From NCBI RefSeq assembly GCF_963676685.1, contig NC_092352.1:43338001-43402000 (forward strand): a stretch of DNA of 64,000 nucleotides. Reading direction: 5' to 3'. Made by a program: the position numbers and the translations under genes. Within the stretch, counting starts at the first letter, position 1, and each line of letters begins with the position of its first letter. Under the pieces are notes generated by a model that saw nothing but the letters and a program-made list of their open reading frames with translations, was not told where the DNA came from and searched no databases. Shown piece by piece: positions 59,101-64,000 of the stretch. This DNA is from Mytilus edulis (Eukaryota).

Positions 59101-61813
59101 AGCTACTTTACTGACTTTGTTTTCTCTATGTGAGCTACTTTACTGACCTTTGTTTTGTCTATGTGAGCTACTTTACTGACTTTGCTTTTTCTATGTGAGC
59201 TACTTTACTGGCCTATATTATTTCTGTGTGAGCTACTTTACTGACTTTGTTTCTTCTATGTGAGCTACTTAATTGACTTTGTTTTCTCTATGTGAGCTAC
59301 TTTACTGACTTTGTTTTGTCTATTTGAGCTACTTTACTAACTTTTGTTTTGTCTATGTGAGCTACTTAACTGAATTTGTTTTCTCTATGTGAGCTACTTT
59401 ACTGACTTTGTTTTCTCTATGTGAGCTTATTTGCTGACTTTGTTTTCTACATGTGAGCTAATTTACTGACTTTGTTTTCTCTATGTGAGCTACTTTACTG
59501 ACTTTGTTTTCTCTATGTGAGGTACTTTACTGACTTTGTTTTCTCTATGTGAACTACTTTACTGACTTTGTTTTCTCTATGTGAGCTACTTTACTGACTT
59601 TGTTTTCTCTATGTGAGCTACTTTACTGACTTTGTTTTCTCTATGTGAGCTACTTTACTGACCTTTGTTTTGTCTATGTGAGCTAATTTACTGACTTTGT
59701 TTCTTCTATGTGAGCTACTTTACTGACTTTGTTTTCTCTATGTGAGCTACTTTACTGACTTTATTTTCTCTTTGTGAGTTATTTTACTGACTTTGTTTCG
59801 TCTATGTGAGCTACTTTACTGATTTTGTTTTGTCTATATGAGCTACTTTACTGACTTTGTTTTCTCTATGTGAGCTTATTTACTGACTTTGTTTTCTACA
59901 TGTGAGCTAATTTACTGACTTTGTTTTCTCTATGTGAGCTACTTTACTGACTTTGTTTTCTCTATGTGAGCTACTTTACTGACTTTTGTTTTCTCTTTGT
60001 GAGTTATTTAACTGACTTTGTTTCGTCTATGTGAGCTACTTAACTGATTTTGTTTTGTCTATATGAGCTACTTTACTGACTTTGTTTTGTCTATGTGAGC
60101 TAATTTACTGACTTTGTTTTCTCTATGTGAGCTATTTTACTGACTTTGTTTTCTCTATGTGAGATATTTTACTGACTTTGTTTTCTCTTTGTGAGTTACT
60201 TAACTGACTTTGTTTTCTCTATGTGACCTACTTAACTGACCTTTGTTTTTTTCTGTGTGACCTACTTTACTGACCTTTGTTTTCTGTGCAAGTTACTTAA
60301 CTGATCTTTATTAATTTTTGTGTGTGAGCTACTTAACTGACCTTTGTTTTTTTCTGTGTGACCTATTTTACTGAACTTTATTTTTTCTGTGTGACCTACT
60401 TTATTGACCTTTATTTCTGTGTGACCTATTTACTGACCTTAGTTTCTTTCTGTGTGACCTACTTTACTGACCTTTGTCTTTCTAATTCAATATCTGCCTG
60501 TGTATCAGCATTTCTCTGAGCTTCATCATCCAATATTTGTTGTATTGTTCTATCATTTCTGTGGTCTCCCATTACCCATACCCATTCTTTTCCATCCTTT
60601 CCATGCATGAAGCATACATTTTTCGTACCTGAAATTGCAAAATAATCTGAAACTGAGCAGATCTAGGATTGAAGGAAAGAAGTGTGTCATTGTCTGTAAT
60701 GGTAAAAATATCAGACAACCTAACCAGGTCATATTTTTATTGATGATTTTATGCTAGAAAATGATAATACAGAATATCAAGCAATTTTCTATGTGCAAGA
60801 GCCACAACTACCAAAGAATTCACTCATTTGGAAATAAATTCAAATCTGATCTGTATGATATAATCATAAACCAAATACTGTAAACCGACTTATTCTTATG
60901 GATACTTTTTTTTTATGTTTAGCTTTCCTTTTGAAGCTATCATGGCATCCATTTAGTTTCTTGATTTTTAAATCGACTTGATGTATTTAAATCCACATGC
61001 CCTACATTTTATATTTGCTTAATATTTCTACACACAAAAGTTGCAGTATCTAATCAATTCATTCAGAAATTATAGAAAATAGTGTGGTAAGTTGAGCACA
61101 CAGATGACAGACAGTGCAAACCTAAAATACCCTACAGCTTCTCCAGAAGTGTACTAATAACAATCTCTCAAATAATGAAACCATAGTACATGGGTTTTTC
61201 TGGATATTTTAGGGAAAAAATATCTTTGAGTGTTCTGATTAAAATATTTCCTGTTTCTGCTATATTTCATACATGTATGTCCTTTTTTTTAATTCAAGGT
61301 TTTTATCTTACAGCTTTATTTTGTCCCCTGCTGTGAGTTTTTAAAAATTTATTTATTTGAATTGGATCGGCAAGCCCTGGATAAACTTGCTTCCTGAATC
61401 TGGTATTGCATAAGTGTACATTTGTCAAAGTTGTTTTTGTCAGTCAGATATGATTCTAATCGGTTTTTACAAATAACTTGTTGTGGATTTTCAACATAAA
61501 AGTTTGTGGTAGAACAAAATGAGCATCGCTGTCATGAATTATGTAGTTTTGAGATAAATCAAAATTTAGAAAATTTAGGGGGGTATTTCCATTGGGAATG
61601 GGTCCAAATACCAGACCCTGTGGAATACCAGATAAATCCATGAAGTATAGCATAGTATTTCATTGGACTGTTGCCAAATATACAATAAAATACACCTTAC
61701 GTCTCCCACTTTCCTAAAACAAATATCAAACCTGGTTTTGATGGTTTTGTTGGTTTCCTTTTCTCATCTGCCTCTCTCTTATCTTCTTCCTGTTTCCATC
61801 TTCTCACTTGTTC
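35013..61813 (-). CDS. SH2D4: SH2 domain-containing protein 4 (SH2D4A/B-like) gene, multi-exon; first coding exon beyond window end
   Basis: Exons 61732-61813, 60472-60628, 54476-54565, 52646-52769, 46919-47081, 44674-44824, (42862-42873), 37373-37524, 36215-36435 and 35013-35132 join in frame. EQVRRWK, KEWVWVMGDH, IIAWFHDEE...AG and the C-terminal SH2 (WFHGII...YLVRVSE...CKHFLV) match the SH2D4 architecture. Confidence 0.92.
35198..35423. repeat. SINE-like repeat copy inserted into a TACTGTAAATTC-type MITE
   Basis: Core matches 38834-39093; host MITE ends at ~35162 and ~35575. Confidence 0.8.
36215..36435 (-). CDS. SH2D4: SH2D4 SH2-domain exon
   Basis: [47 protein letters not shown]...LILYHV; tttag| and |gtaagt. 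Confidence 0.96.
37373..37524 (-). CDS. SH2D4: SH2D4 exon (NSEKIKAHKRKSRPPRPQNRDAIIAWFHDEE...AEWFH)
   Basis: cttgcag| acceptor, |gtaaaa donor, phase 2-1; contains the start of the SH2 domain. Confidence 0.92.
38038..38164. mobile_element. Short GC-rich MITE, 5-bp TSD GAACT
   Basis: GAACT|CAGGCGCAGATCCAG...CTGGATCCGCCCCTG|GAACT. Confidence 0.85.
38453..38760 (-). mobile_element. ~300-bp HINE-like element
   Basis: AACAAGAATGTGTCC...GACGGAC tract...ATGCCCCTCTAC/GTAGGTGGGGCAT hairpin. Confidence 0.85.
38834..39093. repeat. Abundant SINE-like interspersed repeat (other copies ~2710-2875, 5449-5590, 35198-35423, 39210-39300, 46570-46900, 47238-47425)
   Basis: Shared core GGCCTTTTATAGCTGAC...GAAGGCCGTACGGTGACCTATAG...TTGTCTCATTGGCAATCATACC in both orientations. 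Confidence 0.85.
39609..39913 (-). mobile_element. ~300-bp HINE-like element
   Basis: Close copy of 38453-38760. Confidence 0.85.
40786..42168. mobile_element. Non-autonomous TIR transposon, 5-bp TSD ACTAG
   Basis: ACTAG|CAGGTGCGTAGCTA...TAGCTATGCCACTG|ACTAG; CGGGCGTACAC near both ends; contains a decayed HINE fragment and poly-G. Confidence 0.8.
41670..41694 (+). repeat. Poly-G run (~25 nt)
   Basis: Direct reading. Confidence 0.9.
42862..42873 (-). CDS. Candidate SH2D4 12-nt micro-exon (EDNG)
   Basis: tttattag|AGAAGACAACGG|gtaagt; phase 2-2, frame-preserving. Confidence 0.5.
44674..44824 (-). CDS. SH2D4: SH2D4 exon (EKRAKDAEVQMRQLARDAREE...KPPLPPK)
   Basis: ctctag| acceptor, |gtatgt donor, phase 1-2; PPLPPK is an SH3-ligand-like motif. 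Confidence 0.9.
45460..46494. mobile_element. hAT-like non-autonomous element nested in an older MITE
   Basis: Perfect TIR CAGGGCTTCCAAAA/TTTTGGAAGCCCTG; CTTTAAA on both flanks. Confidence 0.8.
46919..47081 (-). CDS. SH2D4: SH2D4 exon (KKFAVERRKSMERVE...PIWKEQ)
   Basis: ttttag| acceptor, AAG|gttggt donor, phase 0-1. Confidence 0.88.
47528..47648. repeat. Long hairpin within a ~330-bp palindromic MITE-like element
   Basis: TTGAATGC...TTTGTAACTTCAT..GTAAAAGCGTTGACC / GGTCAACGCTTTTAC..ATGAAGTTACAAA...GCATTCAA. Confidence 0.75.
48796..48959. mobile_element. Short GC-rich MITE
   Basis: CAGAGGCGGAT...ATCCGCCACTG termini; TSD not clear. Confidence 0.75.
50909..51579. mobile_element. piggyBac-type MITE
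   Basis: TTAA|CCCTTTCGCCGA...TCGGTGAAAGGG|TTAA; subterminal direct repeat GAGTCCCG.TTTACCGGGAT x2. Confidence 0.9.
52646..52769 (-). CDS. SH2D4: SH2D4 coiled-coil exon (RKEEEAALYASLKEAREAAK...VNDLR)
   Basis: ttttcag| acceptor, |gtaagt donor, phase 2-0. Confidence 0.9.
53200..53562. mobile_element. Degenerate Kolobok-like MITE
   Basis: GGAGTA...TACTCC termini; internal IR AATGAAAGTGGCC/GGCCACTTTCATT. Confidence 0.5.
53839..54318 (-). mobile_element. HINE/pearl-like element with two internal tandem units and ACGG/ACTG microsatellite
   Basis: Terminal hairpin, ATACCCC/GGGGTAT IR, duplicated core at 53910-54220, GGAC tract at 54228-54270. Confidence 0.8.
54476..54565 (-). CDS. SH2D4: SH2D4 coiled-coil exon (RSEEQEFQRKMEEEQKRFEREKAEREAEL)
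   Basis: atcag| acceptor, |gttagt donor, 90 nt, phase 2-2. Confidence 0.85.
54748..56922. repeat. 32-bp minisatellite array, left arm (~68 units)
   Basis: Consensus CTTTACTGACTTTGTTTTCTCTATGTGAGCTA repeated in tandem. Confidence 0.98.
57504..58178 (-). CDS. LINE-1 ORF1p-like protein (coiled coil + RRM + CTD; Transposase_22-like), 224 aa
   Basis: Intronless and intact. N-terminal heptad-rich segment, then RKWNLVIRGIEG (cf. RRxNLRIxGIPE), AVHRL (cf. RAHR), RNIILRL (cf. RPIIVRF) and VVPDLPPSLAARR (cf. DLSxExxxxR). Confidence 0.82.
   Translation of the reverse strand: MADYECKDFADIGKCFQKLHIYINTEVEKLKEKQEQIDERVKVLENQAEFANGELHDIHNSKIPNLESLIAEEANERLKLEVWGRKWNLVIRGIEGKVGESPKVTENIVRIWLHNDKKGLGFTAPQVKGMLFTAVHRLPNGPEKKRNIILRLSNLIDRDDILSAATKLPRGCGYSVVPDLPPSLAARRGELLAERSKMSNEEKRKFILVYLKDPPFVQLVKKRS
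58385..58405. promoter_or_regulatory. YY1-like (CAACATGGC) and ETS (CCGGAAGT) motifs at the element 5' end, candidate internal promoter
   Basis: caacatggctgtcaccggaagt lies at the element terminus. Confidence 0.5.
58408..60480. repeat. 32-bp minisatellite array, right arm (~65 units), running into the SH2D4 exon donor
   Basis: Same unit as the left arm; the terminal unit overlaps the exon 60472 boundary. Confidence 0.98.
60472..60628 (-). CDS. SH2D4: SH2D4 exon (GTKNVCFMHGKDGKEWVWVMGDH...IELERQ)
   Basis: tttcag| acceptor, AAG|gtcagt donor, phase 1-2; conserved WVWVMG motif. Confidence 0.93.
61732..61813 (-). CDS. SH2D4: SH2D4 exon (EQVRRWKQEEDKREADEKRKPTKPSKP)
   Basis: tttacag| acceptor, CAG|gtttga donor, phase 0-1. 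Confidence 0.9.
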
Positions 61814-63600
61814 CTGTAAAGAATACATATAATTTAATTCAGAAAAAAATTTGCCTTCTAATTGAGGCTAAATAAAACCAAACATTATAAGTAAATGACA
61901 GTCATTACAATAAAATAGGTAATCCATTAATACAAGGATCTCTGAGTTTCTTAAATTATCTCTTTAGTTTAAAAACTAGCAGTTATCATTTAACATGTTC
62001 AAACTAAAGAGAGGCTGCAAATACCATCAAAACAATCATATATTCAAATGTAAGGCAGTCATTGGCAGTGTTCTCCCCAGAAATTTTGGATAGCATCACA
62101 TTTGGCGTAAAAAAAATAAACTGTATTTTTTTCAATGTCATTTATCGTGTCGTGGCGATGCTCTATTTCCTTTACGTTATATATGTTATTGTTTGATGAA
62201 TAACATATTCTATTCCATCCTATTCTGAGTGTTTATATTGTTGAATTCTTTACTGAGAATACAATTAAACTATTACCATAATAACAGTATTTTCAGTTTA
62301 TGTTTACTATATTCATTTATAGTTACTTAATTATTTTTCACCTCTTGGGCCAAATAAAAATATATATGTTCAAGTTACCCTACCTACCCAACTAAATGAA
62401 TGAATGGGTTATCATTATTATAGAGCAAACTGTATAGATACAATTACACTAAATATCTAGGGAAAAAATGGTTCTTATCAAAAGAAAAAAAAGGGAAGAG
62501 AAAGTCTCATATGGCAATAAAATTTAAATTCAAAAACGTTTTCTTTATCATGTCTATGAAATATATTAGTTGATGTAACTCAATGAATTAGTCCCAGTTG
62601 TTTCTTTTTATCAAAATGATATATATTTTTAACAAAGTTATCTAACAAATAGTCTGTTAATGCGTGGTTTTCTCTTTAGGTTTTATTTTTTCTGTCTACT
62701 GTGCCATTTGTGCATCTGCAGCTATTATCATAAAATGCGGATTTTTGTTATATGGGCGTTTTTCAATAAAAACGTACTTTCTTGTCCCAGCCACTTTAAA
62801 AAAAATGTGTTTGATCTTTGCAAGTAATTTTTTGTGCAGTCAGTACATTGAATTAGATATAACATTTTTAAGTAAAGAAACAGTTTATTTTTTAGAGGGA
62901 TTGATAAGATATTGATTCCTGAATGGTCCAAAACAACCACAATGGCATGTCCCTAGACCGCCTGTTCAACATTCATACTCTCAAATATCGTAAAAAAATG
63001 TAGAAATAAATATTAATTTTACTTAATATAAGTTCTTTAATAATTCAAAAGTATGTTTAGAGCCAACATATTTTAATAAACAGCTTTTAACATAGGATTT
63101 TTTATTTTTAGAAGGTGTGTCCCTAACACAATGTCCACTACGAAACAAAGTCATTAAAACTTGCTTATAAACAGTTTTATAAAATCAATGTAATTTTTTG
63201 TTTGCAAGAGATATAAACATTAGGGTCTTACAAAAGAAATGATGCTTTTATAACGGCAATTAAACTGTTGGTAAGAAAAATTGAGCACATCAAATGGACC
63301 AGAGTGATACCGTATTTTTGTAAATGTCCACTACGAAACGGGTCAAATCTCCTTCAGTAACTGGTTTTAAAATTATGAAAAAAATATCAGTGTACAGCTT
63401 AATAACGCTTTGATGAATACAGTCAGTCTTGTTACTATTGCAATATTGGGGTTGTGAGAAAAAAATAAAACATGTGAATACGTCCCCTACGAAACGGTCC
63501 CCTACGAAACAAGTTTGGGAGAAAAAACGTTTCGTAGTGGACACTACCACTACCATGCAGTCTTTTTTTACTCTTTTTTCAATTATATTCGTGCAAAGCA

Positions 63601-64000
63601 AACAAGAGGCTCTCAAGAGCCTGAATCGCTCACCTTAATTTTTTTGGTTAAATCTCTCATCAATGATTATTTTGGCTTTTTCAATTTATTTAAATGTTCT
63701 TTGAATCGTCCTATTTTCTTCAAAAGCAAAAAAAAAATCATTTTCTCCTATGTTCTATTTTAGCCATAGGAGCTATGTTTCTGACATACAAGGAAATGAA
63801 ATATAAAATTTATACTAGATACTCTGAAACTCATTTAGCCTAAGTTTGGCTGAAATTGATACAGCAGTTTCAAAGGAGAAGATTTTTTAAAGTAAGTCAA
63901 CATGATGAACAAATTGCTAAATTATCTAAATGCTTTTGTTTTTGAGATATAAGCCAAAAACTGCATTTGACCCCTATATTCTATTTTAAGTAACAGCGGC
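63601..64000 (-). mobile_element. 3' part of a related HINE element (runs off window)
   Basis: AGGCTC..GAGCCT hairpin plus GCTCACCT; 63930-64000 resembles the reverse complement of the 9625-9695 repeat unit. Confidence 0.8.

Noticed and set aside
54748-60480. 32-bp repeats flanking a single ORF as a CRISPR-like array
   Set aside because: Units are contiguous with no unique spacers, the context is a eukaryotic intron, and the ORF has no Cas motifs.

Overview
AT-rich, intron-rich animal genomic DNA. The repeat repertoire looks bivalve/Mytilus-like, which is an inference. Two convergent multi-exon genes are present, both missing their first coding exon (outside the window). (1) + strand CDKL2/3-type kinase, exons 2478-23751, with HRD, DFG, TDY and APE motifs and a long low-complexity tail carrying several candidate phase-2 cassette micro-exons. 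(2) - strand SH2D4-family adaptor, exons 61813 down to 35013, with an N-terminal EQVRRWK/WVWVMG region, a coiled coil and a C-terminal SH2 domain. Introns and the intergenic region are full of non-autonomous elements: Helentron/HINE-like modules with internal tandem repeats, MITEs of piggyBac, Kolobok, hAT and mariner type, and SINEs. The most unusual region is one SH2D4 intron (54566-60471). It is mostly a 32-bp tandem array whose unit is a copy of that exon's own 5' splice junction (about 130 donor-like copies, ~1.25-kb higher-order structure). The array is interrupted by a 1.48-kb element with an apparently complete L1/Tx1-like 5' end and an intact ORF1p-like gene, but no ORF2 and no poly(A) tail. 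Exon boundaries were read by hand from GT/AG sites and frame continuity; repeat boundaries are approximate.
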